The position numbers were made by a program, and so were the translations under genes. Shown here piece after piece: positions 47,193-56,001 of a DNA stretch of 64,000 bases (positions within the stretch are counted from its first letter, which is position 1; each line of letters starts with the position of its first letter). Under the pieces are notes generated by a model. It was not told where the DNA came from and made no database searches. It saw nothing but the letters and a program-made list of their open reading frames with translations. This DNA is from Candidatus Marinacidobacterium sp. (lineage in GTDB: Bacteria > Acidobacteriota > Vicinamibacteria > Marinacidobacterales > Marinacidobacteraceae), in contig OZ252286.1 of NCBI GenBank assembly GCA_965250045.1, forward strand, positions 434,355 to 498,354. Direction: 5' to 3'.

Positions 47193-48355
47193 TGCGAAGC
47201 GCGGCCACCGTCTTCCGGAAGGAGCTCCTCGACGGGATCCGCGACCGGCGGGCCTTCATCGCGGTCCTGGTTTCGATCAGCATCTTCCCGATCATGATGC
47301 TGCTCATCGGCCGCTTCGGCGAGGGAATCCGCGACGAGGTCCGGAACATGGAGGTACCGGTGGAAGGACGGGAAAACGCTCCCGCGCTCGTCGAATGGCT
47401 CGAACGACAGCCGGGTCTGGAACTGACCCCGGCCCCCGAGGACCCCGAGTCCGCGGTGCAGGACCGGGAGGTGGATCTGGTGCTGCGGATCCCGGCGGAC
47501 TACGAGGAGCGGTTCGCCGAGGGGCGGCCGGCGGAGTTGGAATTGATCGCCGACAGCTCCCGGGCGGCGGCGGGGGCGAAGGCGCGCCGCATCACGGGGC
47601 TTCTCGAGGGCTACGGGAACGAGGTCGCCGCCCTGCGCCTCATCAGCCGGGGGGTGAGCCCGCTACTCATCCGCCCCCTTTCCGTCGAGCGCGCGGAAGT
47701 CTTCAGTTCCCGGCGGCGGACGGCCTTTTCCGTTCTCGGCTTCATCCCCATGTTCCTGCTGATGAACGCCTTCTTCGGCGGCATGCAGATCGCCTCCGAC
47801 GCCATTGCCGGCGAACGCGAGCGGGGGTCCATCGAGGCGCTGTTGCTGAACGCGGTTCCGGCGCGTTTCCTGATTCTGGGGAAGTGGGCGGCGGCGGCGA
47901 CCTTCGCCGTTTTCCTGACGCTGCTCGGGATCGGAACCTGTGTGCTGGTGCTCCGGTTCATGCCCGGAGCGCTGAACATTTCCCCGACCGTCGGCGACTG
48001 GGTCGTCGTGGGATTGGCCGCCCTTCCGCTCGCGCTCTTCTGCTCGGCGCTCCAGGTGGTGGTCTCGACCTACGCGAAGTCCTACAAGGAGGCGCAGACC
48101 TATTTCGGCTACGTGGCCTTCCTCCCGATGATCCCCTTCTTCGCGGTCACCTTCAATTTGGTGGAGGAGGGGACCTGGACGGCCTTCATCCCGATTCTCG
48201 GCCAGCACCTGATGATCCTGAACGTAATGGCCGGCGAAACGCTCGCGGTCTGGGAACTGGCGCTGGCCGGATTCATCGCCCTCGCCGCCGCCTGGGCGCT
48301 CCTGCGGTTCGCCTCAGCCCTCTTCGTTCGCGAGAGCGTCGTCTTCGTGCGCTGA
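47192..48355 (+). CDS. ABC-2 type transporter permease
   Basis: GTG start. 6 TM helices. ABC-2 family pattern, with a large periplasmic loop between TM1 and TM2. Confidence 0.8.
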   Translation: MRSAATVFRKELLDGIRDRRAFIAVLVSISIFPIMMLLIGRFGEGIRDEVRNMEVPVEGRENAPALVEWLERQPGLELTPAPEDPESAVQDREVDLVLRIPADYEERFAEGRPAELELIADSSRAAAGAKARRITGLLEGYGNEVAALRLISRGVSPLLIRPLSVERAEVFSSRRRTAFSVLGFIPMFLLMNAFFGGMQIASDAIAGERERGSIEALLLNAVPARFLILGKWAAAATFAVFLTLLGIGTCVLVLRFMPGALNISPTVGDWVVVGLAALPLALFCSALQVVVSTYAKSYKEAQTYFGYVAFLPMIPFFAVTFNLVEEGTWTAFIPILGQHLMILNVMAGETLAVWELALAGFIALAAAWALLRFASALFVRESVVFVR

Positions 48356-48997
48356 GCGGACCGCCGCCACCGCCTGGATCCGGCGGCCTTCCCGTAAGTA
48401 CTTCCGTTCGAAGTTGGACCCCACCAGCTCCCCCTCGCACGCGGAAGCGGGCGGTTCGTAGGGACGGCGGTCGAACTTCTTCCGGGACGCCAGCGCTTGC
48501 TCGATCTCGGCAAAGTACTCCGGGGCGTCAGTGACCACTCGCAGCGAAGCTCCCGGCGCCAGCACCCGTTCGCAGGCGGCGAGAAAGTCCGGCTGAATCA
48601 GCAGGCGGCGATGCGCGTGCCGCCGCTTCGGCCAGGGATCGGGGAAATACGCGTGCAGCCCGGCAACCGAACCTGCGGGCAGCGCTTCCAGCGTCTCGCG
48701 AGCATCCCCCTGGACGATCCGGGCGTTCGGTCGTTCCCGCCGGCGGAGCCGGTCCGCGGCGTACAGCCAGTAGCGCCGGGCCCGTTCGACTCCCAGTAAC
48801 AGGACATCCGGCCGGATCTCGGACTCGGCGATCAGGAAGGAGCCCTTGCCCGAGCCGATCTCGACCTCGAACGGAGCATCTGGCCGGCCTCCTTCAAACA
48901 GCCGCAGCGGGTCCACCGGCCGTTCCAGCTCTTCCAGGGTGAACCCGTAGCCGGCGGAATCGGCGTCCCGGCGGGTGCGGACGTGGCTGCGACCCAT
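48314..48997 (-). CDS. trmB: tRNA (guanine46-N7)-methyltransferase
   Basis: EVEIGSGKGSFLIAESE, FPDPWPKRRHAHRRL. Its 3' end overlaps the converging permease gene by about 40 bp. Confidence 0.85.
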   Translation of the reverse strand: MGRSHVRTRRDADSAGYGFTLEELERPVDPLRLFEGGRPDAPFEVEIGSGKGSFLIAESEIRPDVLLLGVERARRYWLYAADRLRRRERPNARIVQGDARETLEALPAGSVAGLHAYFPDPWPKRRHAHRRLLIQPDFLAACERVLAPGASLRVVTDAPEYFAEIEQALASRKKFDRRPYEPPASACEGELVGSNFERKYLREGRRIQAVAAVRSAHEDDALANEEG

Positions 48998-49402
48998 CTA
49001 GCAACCTGTGGTGGAACCCGGGTGAGCGCCGAGGCTGGTGAGGCGCCCGGCTGACAAGGCGCGTGAGGGAGGAATACCGAGTGTATTTCGACCGAAACGC
49101 AACGCAGAACGGAGCGAAGCGGAGTGGTTCAGCCGGGATGGATCGCCGGCCGAACGCCGCCTGGGTTTCACCACCGGCTGCTAACCCGAGGGGAAAGCAC
49201 CCCGCACTGTTCCGCGGACAACACACGTGCCGAATCTGGCGGGTTCTGCGCGTGCGGGGCGCTTTCCCCTCGGGGTGATGGCGCGAATCGCTCCGCGATC
49301 CGCGCCATCGTCTTTCGTGGGGAGGGGAAACCCCTCCCCACACCCCTCCCGCGCGGCGCTCCGCGCCGCGAACTGCTGCCGCCAGACCTCCGCCACCGGC
49401 TG
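48998..49402. repeat. Family-A element (inverted, 48998-49184) followed by four consecutive stem-loops (49195-49385), filling the whole trmB-esterase intergenic gap
   Basis: Hairpin 1: CGAGGGGAAAGCACCCCGCAC / GTGCGGGGCGCTTTCCCCTCG. Hairpin 2: GATGGCGCGAATCGC / GCGATCCGCGCCATC. Hairpin 3: GTGGGGAGGGG-AAA-CCCCTCCCCAC. Hairpin 4: CGCGCGGCGC-TC-CGCGCCGCG. Confidence 0.75.
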
Positions 49403-50200
49403 TTAACGAGAGGTCCCGTTCCGGCGCTGGCTGAAGAGCCAGTCGTAGAGGCCGTCCTCGCGATAGGCCGGGATCCAGGAATTGTGCGCGACGCCGGGAT
49501 ATTCGGTGTAACGAGGCTGCGCTCCCGCTGCTTCGAGCGCCGCGACCATCCGCCGGGACTCCTCGGTCGGTACCCGCCGATCCTCCTCGCCGTGGAACAC
49601 CCATACCGGAATGCCGGCGACCACCCGCGCCGTTTCCGCCCAGGGGTCTTCCGGATGAGTGGCCGATGGATGCCAGTCGGGCACGGACATCCGGGTACGC
49701 GACGTGGTTACCCCGCCGCAGACCGGAACCAGGGCCGCGAAGCGCTCCGGGTAGCGATAGGCGAGGGCCCACGTCCCGTAGCCGCCCAGGGAGAGTCCGG
49801 TGAGGTAGGTCCGCTCGGGATCGCCGCCGAACTCGGCGACCGCCGCATCGAGCGCGGCGAGCGCCATCCGTTCGATCTCGGGAGTCCCCCACCAGGCGCC
49901 TCGCGGGGATTGGGGCATCACCACCAGCGCGGGGAAATCGGATTGCTCCCGCAGGACGGCAGGCAGTCCGATCTCGGTCTGCCGCACGCCGTCGGAACCG
50001 AGCTGCCCGGCGCCGTGGAGGAAGAGAACGACCGGGGGATTCGTTTCCGCACCGGACAGCACGGCGGCGGGCACGAAGACCTGCCACCCGTACGTCTGGC
50101 CGTCCAATTCGGTGCTCCGGGACAGAACCCGCCCGTACTCGGCGGAAGCCGCGGGGGCCGGCAACAGGCTCAGAGCAAGACCGAGGAGAACGAGGCGCAT
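49403..50200 (-). CDS. secreted alpha/beta hydrolase (esterase / PHB-depolymerase-like)
   Basis: Signal peptide MRLVLLGLALSLLPAPAASA. Nucleophile elbow GLSLGG. VLFLHGAGQ. Confidence 0.8.
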   Translation of the reverse strand: MRLVLLGLALSLLPAPAASAEYGRVLSRSTELDGQTYGWQVFVPAAVLSGAETNPPVVLFLHGAGQLGSDGVRQTEIGLPAVLREQSDFPALVVMPQSPRGAWWGTPEIERMALAALDAAVAEFGGDPERTYLTGLSLGGYGTWALAYRYPERFAALVPVCGGVTTSRTRMSVPDWHPSATHPEDPWAETARVVAGIPVWVFHGEEDRRVPTEESRRMVAALEAAGAQPRYTEYPGVAHNSWIPAYREDGLYDWLFSQRRNGTSR

Positions 50201-50349
50201 GGCGCGGGATGCTACTCCGGAAACCGCACGGAGTCGCCCCGGCAGCAGCGTGCTGCGAGGATTGGCGGCCGATGTCGCCGGGCGGGAAGCTCCCATGGTA
50301 TATACCGTGATATACTGCATCGCCCGGGAGAGCCTCCCGGGAGGGTTCC

Positions 50350-50601
50350 ATGTCGCAGGAAGTTGTCTATCGAGGCGTCGCCAAGGTCTTTTGGAATGGT
50401 CGCAGCCAGGCGGTTCGGCTGCCCGCGCCGTGTCGTTTCGACGCGCGGGAGGTAGAAGTCGTGAAGCGCGGGCGGGAAGTCATTCTGCGGCCCCGCGGAA
50501 AGGACTGGGACGCCTTCTTCGACTCGATCACACCCGGATCGTGGCCCGCGCGCGAACAGCCGCCACTCGACGACGTACCCGACTTTGACGTTCTTCCTTG
50601 A
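50350..50601 (+). CDS. vapB: AbrB/MazE-fold VapB-type antitoxin
   Basis: MSQEVVYRGVAKVFWNGRSQAVRLP is a SpoVT/AbrB swapped-hairpin N-terminus. Overlaps the downstream PIN gene. Confidence 0.75.
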   Translation: MSQEVVYRGVAKVFWNGRSQAVRLPAPCRFDAREVEVVKRGREVILRPRGKDWDAFFDSITPGSWPAREQPPLDDVPDFDVLP

Positions 50602-50986
50602 CACCGACGTCTGCGTTCATCTCCTCAGGGGCGACGAAGCACCGCGGGAGCACTTCCGGCGAAATGCGCCGGAGACTCGCATGTCGGCCATCGCCTATGC
50701 CGAACTCCGCTTCGGCCTTGCACGTTCGACCCAGCGGGACGAGAACGCAGAACGGCTGGAAGCGCTCTGCCGCGGACTGGACATCGTGCCCTTCGACGAG
50801 GACGCGGCGGTCCACTACGGCGAGATCCGACGGGAACTCAGCCGGCGGGGCGAGTTGATCGGCGCGAACGACCTCCTGATCGCGGCCCACGCCCGCAGTC
50901 GGGGCGCCACGCTGGTGACGAACAACGAACGCGAGTTCGGGCGGGTACCCGACCTGCGGATCGAGAACTGGCTTCGGCCCGAATGA
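50585..50986 (+). CDS. vapC: VapC-type PIN-domain toxin. TTG start.
   Basis: (M)TFFLDTDVCVHLL..., ...GANDLLIAAHA..., ...LVTNNEREF... Confidence 0.85.
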   Translation: MTFFLDTDVCVHLLRGDEAPREHFRRNAPETRMSAIAYAELRFGLARSTQRDENAERLEALCRGLDIVPFDEDAAVHYGEIRRELSRRGELIGANDLLIAAHARSRGATLVTNNEREFGRVPDLRIENWLRPE

Positions 50987-51029
50987 GTCGGCCCGACCAC
51001 TCCGGATTCACAATGAGAGGAGTTTCCCC

Positions 51030-51530
51030 ATGAACATCGCCGAAGGCTTCGCCGCGGAATTCCAGTTGGAGGCCGCCGCCACCCGCAAGTTCCTCGAGCG
51101 CTTCGAAGAGCAACACGCCGACTGGCAGCCTCACGAGAAATCCATGACGCTCTCCCGGCTGGCGACGCACCTCGTGGAATGCCCCGGCTGGGCCTTCAGC
51201 ATCCTGGACGACGACCACTTCGACTTCGGCACGAGCGACTACCAGTCGCCGCATTGGAAGACCCGCGCCGAACTGCTCGCAAACCACGAGCGGATAGGAG
51301 CCGGATTCCTGGAGCGTCTGGAGGGACGGTCGAACGAGTTCATGCGCAGCGGCTGGCGTCTGCTCCAGAACGGTCAGGTACTTCAGGAAACAGTCCGCGA
51401 CGCCGCCGTGCGCGGGTTCATTCTGAGCCACCTGATCCACCACCGCGGCCAGTTGAGCGTGTACTACCGGCTGCTCGGGATCCCGGTGCCGGGGCCCTAC
51501 GGCCCCTCGGCGGACGACCACAACGAGTAG
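51030..51530 (+). CDS. DinB/YfiT-family (DinB_2) metal-dependent protein
   Basis: SD GAGAGGAG. H-x-n-HLIHHRGQL four-helix-bundle motif. Confidence 0.8.
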   Translation: MNIAEGFAAEFQLEAAATRKFLERFEEQHADWQPHEKSMTLSRLATHLVECPGWAFSILDDDHFDFGTSDYQSPHWKTRAELLANHERIGAGFLERLEGRSNEFMRSGWRLLQNGQVLQETVRDAAVRGFILSHLIHHRGQLSVYYRLLGIPVPGPYGPSADDHNE

Positions 51531-51540
51531 CGGCCCCACC

Positions 51541-52788
51541 GGCGGCAGGACCGCCCTCGTTCTGGGTGCGGGCGCCATCGGTCTGTCCTGCGCCTATTTC
51601 CTCCGGCGCGCAGGATGGGAAGTCACGCTCGTCGACCGGGGCGAGCCCGGCCACGGCGCGACCTGGGGAACCGCCGGGCTGCTTTGTCCGGCCCATTCGC
51701 AGCCGCTTCCCGGCCCGGGAGTGCTGGCGAAGGCGCTTCGCTGGATGCTCCGGGAGGACAGCCCCTTCCACATCCGTTTCCGCCTGGATCCGGCTCTCCC
51801 CGGTTGGCTCCTCGGCTTCGCCCGAGCGTGCACCCGTGCCCGTTCCCGCGAGGGATTCCGGGCCATCTGCGCGCTGTCCAGACTGAGCCTCGCTCTCTAC
51901 GAAGAGGTCCTCGAGAGGGGCGACGCCGATTTCTTTTTCGAGCGGCGCGGCGGCTACTGGGCTTTCCTGACCGAGGCGGGGGTAGCACACGCCCGGGCGG
52001 AAGCCGCGGAGCTGCGGCGGAACGGTTTCCCGGTCGATTTCCTCGTCGGCGATGCCGCCCGGGAGCGCGAAGCGGCGCTTTCCGCCTCGGTCCGGGCCGC
52101 GGTCTTCCTCCACGGGGATGCGCACGGGTCGAGCCTCGGTTTCGCGGAGTCGCTCGCCGCCACCCTGAAGCGGCAGGGAGTCCGGGTAGAAGCCGGCGTT
52201 CAGGCGCTGCGGCTCCTGCGCGAGGGCAGCCGCGTCTCAGGCGCCGAAATCGTGACCGGCGACGGCGCCCGCGAAGAGCGCATCGCCGACGAGACGGTTC
52301 TGGCGCTCGGCGCGTTCTCCCCCGCCCTCGCCCGCACCGCCGGCGTCCGGCTTCCGATCCAGGCGGCGAAGGGTTACAGCGCGACGGTTCGGACGTTCGC
52401 GGGAGTGCCGGCGATTCCGGTCACGGTGGCGGAACGAAAGGTCATCATCACGCCGCTCCGGGACCATGTGCGTTTTGCGGGGACGCTGGAACTCGCGGGG
52501 TTCGACGCGAGCCTCAACGAGCGGCGCTACCGGGCCGTGATCGCCGGCGGCCAGGCCGGGCTCCGGGCACCGATCCCGCTCGAGGATGAAGTTGCGTGGG
52601 CCGGATTCCGGCCCCTGACCCCGAGCAGCATCCCGTTCATCGGGCGGCCCCGGAGACGGGAAGGCCTGCTGGTCGCCGCCGGCCACGGGATGCTCGGTTT
52701 CACCCAGGCCCTCGGCACCGGCCGGCTGGTTCAACAACTCGCCGGCGGCGAGCCGCCGAGCGTGGACCCGGCACCCTACGCGCCGTAG
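51541..52788 (+). CDS. D-amino-acid dehydrogenase-like FAD-dependent oxidoreductase. The start is undetermined; there is no canonical start codon in frame upstream of the Rossmann motif.
   Basis: The frame reads TGGRTALVLGAGAIGLSCAYFLRRAGWEVTLVDRG...GHGATWGTAGLL (the DadA-type FAD-binding N-terminus) before the first ATG at 51721. The C-terminal end is HGMLGFTQALGTGRL. Confidence 0.7.
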   Translation, partial: GGRTALVLGAGAIGLSCAYFLRRAGWEVTLVDRGEPGHGATWGTAGLLCPAHSQPLPGPGVLAKALRWMLREDSPFHIRFRLDPALPGWLLGFARACTRARSREGFRAICALSRLSLALYEEVLERGDADFFFERRGGYWAFLTEAGVAHARAEAAELRRNGFPVDFLVGDAAREREAALSASVRAAVFLHGDAHGSSLGFAESLAATLKRQGVRVEAGVQALRLLREGSRVSGAEIVTGDGAREERIADETVLALGAFSPALARTAGVRLPIQAAKGYSATVRTFAGVPAIPVTVAERKVIITPLRDHVRFAGTLELAGFDASLNERRYRAVIAGGQAGLRAPIPLEDEVAWAGFRPLTPSSIPFIGRPRRREGLLVAAGHGMLGFTQALGTGRLVQQLAGGEPPSVDPAPYAP

Positions 52789-52834
52789 CGGGCCGCCGGC
52801 CTCACGCCGACGTTGTGTTTCGCCTGAAGGAGGA

Positions 52835-53980
52835 TCATCCCGCGGAACCCGCTTCCGCGGGTTCGAGGGAGAGCAGGTAGTCGGCGAAGCTGGGGATGCC
52901 CATCTCCCAGCCAGCGGGGCTCCTCCACAGCACACCGAGGTCGGAGAGCGTGTCGAGCAGCCAGTTCTCGTCACCCGGAAGGGAACCCAGCGCCGCCAAA
53001 CGCCTCATCACGGCACCCACCTCGATTTGACCAAAAGGCTGACCGCGGCGTTCCCGGAGCAGCCGGGCGAGCGGGAGCAGCACCCCCTCGACCTCGCGCT
53101 CCCGCGCTTCATCGAACCGTTCGGCGCAGAACCCTTCGATGACGACCCGGGCCGTATCCACCGCCTCCTCAGCGCACTTTCCGGTGACGGTCGGTTCGCC
53201 GCCTCGGACAGCCATCTCCCAGGCGGCGCTACCCAGAAGCTGGACGAAGTAGGGGTAATCCTGCGATGCCCGCCCGAGGCGCACGCGAGCATCGTCGTCC
53301 ATCGGTCGTCCGGCAGCCCCGGCCGGCTTCGTCAAGGCCGCAGTCGTCGCTGCGGGATCCAGCCGCCCGATCGGCAGTTTCTCGAAAGCCCGCTCCGCGA
53401 AAGTCCCCGCGCGCCGGATCTTCCTCGGCGCGTCGGGAGTTCCGGCTGCGATGACCATATACGGCAGCGCGTCAGTCCCGGCGTTCTGGACGGCTTCGAA
53501 AAAAGCGTGGCCCGCCTCCGGATCCATCGTCTGGGCCTCGTCCAGCAGTACTACCAGCGGCTCCGACACCGCCTGCACCCAGGCAGAAAACAGGCGGGAC
53601 ACATTTCTCGTGGGGGCGCCGGGCTGGGTCGTAGCTCCGATGGGTCCGTGCTGGACGCCGTTCAGACGGTCCTCCGTGAGGCCGGCGCGTTCCTGGAGTT
53701 CCTGGCCCAGCACGTCCCGATCCCGGACCGTATCGGCAGGCAGCCGTTCCGCGCGCATGCCGAGTTCGCGAGCCCGATCCGCGATGCGCTCCAGCAGGAT
53801 CGTCTTGCCGTTGCCCCGCGGGCCGTAGAACAGGATGCCCTGAGCCGGAGGGACACCGCCGGCGAGTTCGTGGAGCCGCCGTTCGGCAAGAGCGAGTTCC
53901 TCGTCCCTTCCCGCCAGCAACGGAGGCATCTGGCCCGCCCCCGGCCGAAACGGGTTCCCGTTGCCTCCGGCCCTGACCAT
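52835..53980 (-). CDS. AAA+ ATPase (ORC/Cdc6-like / PF01637 Arch_ATPase-like) with a C-terminal winged-helix domain
   Basis: NPFRPG N-terminus. Walker A GPRGNGKT, Walker B VVLLDEAQ. Confidence 0.75.
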   Translation of the reverse strand: MVRAGGNGNPFRPGAGQMPPLLAGRDEELALAERRLHELAGGVPPAQGILFYGPRGNGKTILLERIADRARELGMRAERLPADTVRDRDVLGQELQERAGLTEDRLNGVQHGPIGATTQPGAPTRNVSRLFSAWVQAVSEPLVVLLDEAQTMDPEAGHAFFEAVQNAGTDALPYMVIAAGTPDAPRKIRRAGTFAERAFEKLPIGRLDPAATTAALTKPAGAAGRPMDDDARVRLGRASQDYPYFVQLLGSAAWEMAVRGGEPTVTGKCAEEAVDTARVVIEGFCAERFDEAREREVEGVLLPLARLLRERRGQPFGQIEVGAVMRRLAALGSLPGDENWLLDTLSDLGVLWRSPAGWEMGIPSFADYLLSLEPAEAGSAG

Positions 53981-54029
53981 AGTCGGAGCCTACCGCAGCA
54001 GCCCGGCCCCGCGGCTCCCGCCGGGAGTA

Positions 54030-54278
54030 CGCCGGGCTTCGGGACAGACGCCCCAGCGCCGGCACGGTAACCGCCCCGTAGACGGCTCCGAACAGTGCCC
54101 CGAACAACGGACTCTCCCCCTTGAACCCGATGGCCGCGCCCACCGCCACGGTAACGACTGCGGCCAGGACGAAACCGCCGGCGCTGGCGGCGGCCAACAG
54201 GCCGGCTCCCGGCGCGGACCGCCGAAGGACGAGCCAGTGCGCGAGGACGAAGGCGGTGAGCCCCACCACGGCGGGCAC
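54030..54278 (-). pseudogene. Partial duplicate (C-terminal half) of the membrane protein gene at 58349..58954. The stop appears to be lost.
   Basis: The 85-aa stretch is nearly identical (PAVVGLTAFVLAHWLVLRRSAPGAGLLAAASAGGFVLAAVVTVAVGAAIGFKGESPLFGALFGAVYGAVTV). About 200 nt are roughly 95% identical to 58441-58640. The ORF then reads antisense through the ATPase gene. Confidence 0.5.
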
Positions 54279-54315
54279 CGCAGGCGGCTCGGGGTAGCCG
54301 GCCAGGCTCAGAGCC

Positions 54316-55458
54316 CTACAGTCTCCGCAGATAGGCCGATACGACCGGATCCACCAACGTCCAGCGCCCGTCGTCCTCCTGGCGGATCAGGTCTTCCCGT
54401 TCCAACACCTCCCTGGCCTGGTTCCCGGTGGAGGTGGGCAGGCGAAGGGCGGACAGGAAGCGGTGCGAACCGGGATGCTCCACCCCGCCGTCCAGGTGCG
54501 CAATCGCCCGCAGGACGGCGCGCTGGCTGGGTGAGAGGCGGATCACTCGGCCGGCGACGATACGTCCTTCCTCTTCGACAATCCGGGACCATTGCGCGTC
54601 CACCGACTCGGGCGTGGGGGGACGCCGCGCCCCCCAAAGCCGGGCACAGAGCGCGTTGACGTAGTAAGGGTGCCGGGCGGTGAACTTGAGGATCCTGGCA
54701 ATCGCATCGTCGGTCGCGGCCCGCCGCCAGCGCGTTTCGCTGGCATGACGTATGAAGGCTTGGTAGTCGGCCTCGCCGATGCGGTCGAGAGTCATCTTCC
54801 GGCAAAGGCGGTACAGCGGTCGTTCCTCCTCCTCGAACATCGCCGCCAGCAGGTGTTTCTGGCTACCGGAGAACAGGTAGGTGACATTTGCGGATCGCTC
54901 CACGGCGTGCCGGATCGCGCCTTCCAGACTGCGTGGCGCCGTCCGCGGAGAAAGCTGCGCCAGTTGCTGGAACTCATCGAGCACCATGACCACCCGCCGC
55001 TGAACCGCCCCCGCCGCCCGGTCGAGCCCGAGCAGCATCTCCATGATCCCGCGTGCCGGGGGAGCCGGCGGCGAGAGCTTGAGCTTCAGACCCATCGCGC
55101 CAAAGGAGAACTCGGGCGCAAGCGCCCGAAAGGCATCGCCGAGCTCTTCGCTCGCCCTCCGGCCCTTTGGCGCAATCCGGGCACTGACCTCTTCAACGGC
55201 GGCCCGCAATCGCCCTTCAAGATCCTCGGCGTCATGCGCGACGAGAAGGTCAACTGTCGCCGCAGCGATCGCCCCACCGGCAAGATCCTGGAGCACCTGT
55301 TCGACAAGGCTGGTCTTGCCCATCCGGCGGCGGCCCCAGAGCCAGGTGTGCACCCCGGCGCTGATGTTGCGCCCGAGTTCGGCGCGCTCCTCGGTGCGGT
55401 TGCAGTGGGCGTCCCCGGTGGCGATTCCGAGCGGGAAAAGGTTGGAGCTGGCGGGCAT
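54316..55458 (-). CDS. AAA+ ATPase, PF01637 (Arch_ATPase)-like
   Basis: NLFPLG N-terminus. Walker A GRRRMGKTS, Walker B VMVLDEFQ. An AT-rich stretch lies immediately upstream (55459-55540). Confidence 0.8.
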   Translation of the reverse strand: MPASSNLFPLGIATGDAHCNRTEERAELGRNISAGVHTWLWGRRRMGKTSLVEQVLQDLAGGAIAAATVDLLVAHDAEDLEGRLRAAVEEVSARIAPKGRRASEELGDAFRALAPEFSFGAMGLKLKLSPPAPPARGIMEMLLGLDRAAGAVQRRVVMVLDEFQQLAQLSPRTAPRSLEGAIRHAVERSANVTYLFSGSQKHLLAAMFEEEERPLYRLCRKMTLDRIGEADYQAFIRHASETRWRRAATDDAIARILKFTARHPYYVNALCARLWGARRPPTPESVDAQWSRIVEEEGRIVAGRVIRLSPSQRAVLRAIAHLDGGVEHPGSHRFLSALRLPTSTGNQAREVLEREDLIRQEDDGRWTLVDPVVSAYLRRL

Positions 55459-55539
55459 GAATCTGATTCTACTCCAATACTTTATGAAACGTCCTACCCC
55501 GTTCCGTATATCTACGTTTCACTATTTGCGGGTGCCATG

Positions 55540-55990
55540 AGCACGCAGACCTTTCTGGCCGTGAATCGGCGGTGCCCCACCCGGTATCGGCGTTCCGCGT
55601 TCAGTCCGGTACGCGATCGGCTGGGGCGTGTCGCAGACCGGACCCTTCCCGCGGCACTTCCTGCCCCTTACGAGCCGCCGAAGACAGGCCCGAACCGGGC
55701 GCTCCAAGGCCGCTCCCACCGCCGAGGTCAGGACCCCGGCAACCACGAAGCTGCCGGCACTGGCTGCGGCCAGCCGGGGCACCCGCCGGTGCAGGACGAG
55801 CCACGGAGCAAGGAAGAAGGGCGGCGAGTCCGGTAGTTGGTGCTGCCGAAGATGCGCACGGACCACCGGCGAACAAACCGATGGGGAGATCGTCCCGAGC
55901 CCGACTGGCTACGATTGCCACCCCACGCCGCAGGTCGAGGAGACGCCGGATGCCGGGCGCTCCAGGATCGTCGTGGCGGAAGTGCGACCC
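55540..55990. other. Mosaic of gene fragments: a degenerate third copy of the membrane-protein gene (about 55690-55850, minus strand) and a roughly 60-bp internal fragment of the downstream hydrolase gene (55607-55665, versus 56866-56924)
   Basis: Fragment GTACGCGATCGGCTGGGGCGTGTCGCAGACCGGACCCTTCCCGCGGCACTTCCTG, versus the genic GTACGCGATCGGCTGGGGCGTGTCGCAGACCGGACGCTTCCTGCGGCACTTCCTG. Residual protein similarity FFLAPWLVLHRRVPRLAAASAGSFVVAGVLTSAVGAA. Confidence 0.65.
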
Positions 55991-56001
55991 GGAGGAACTT
56001 C

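Noticed and set aside
51721-52788. ATG at 51721 as the start of the oxidoreductase, as in the ORF track
   Set aside because: It would remove the conserved GxGxxG FAD-binding fold, which is encoded in frame immediately upstream (51541-51720).
53472-54029. Distal 186 codons of ORF 53472..54278
   Set aside because: Only the first roughly 85 codons (54030-54278) are homologous to the membrane protein at 58349..58954. The remainder runs antisense through the AAA ATPase gene and is read-through after loss of the stop.
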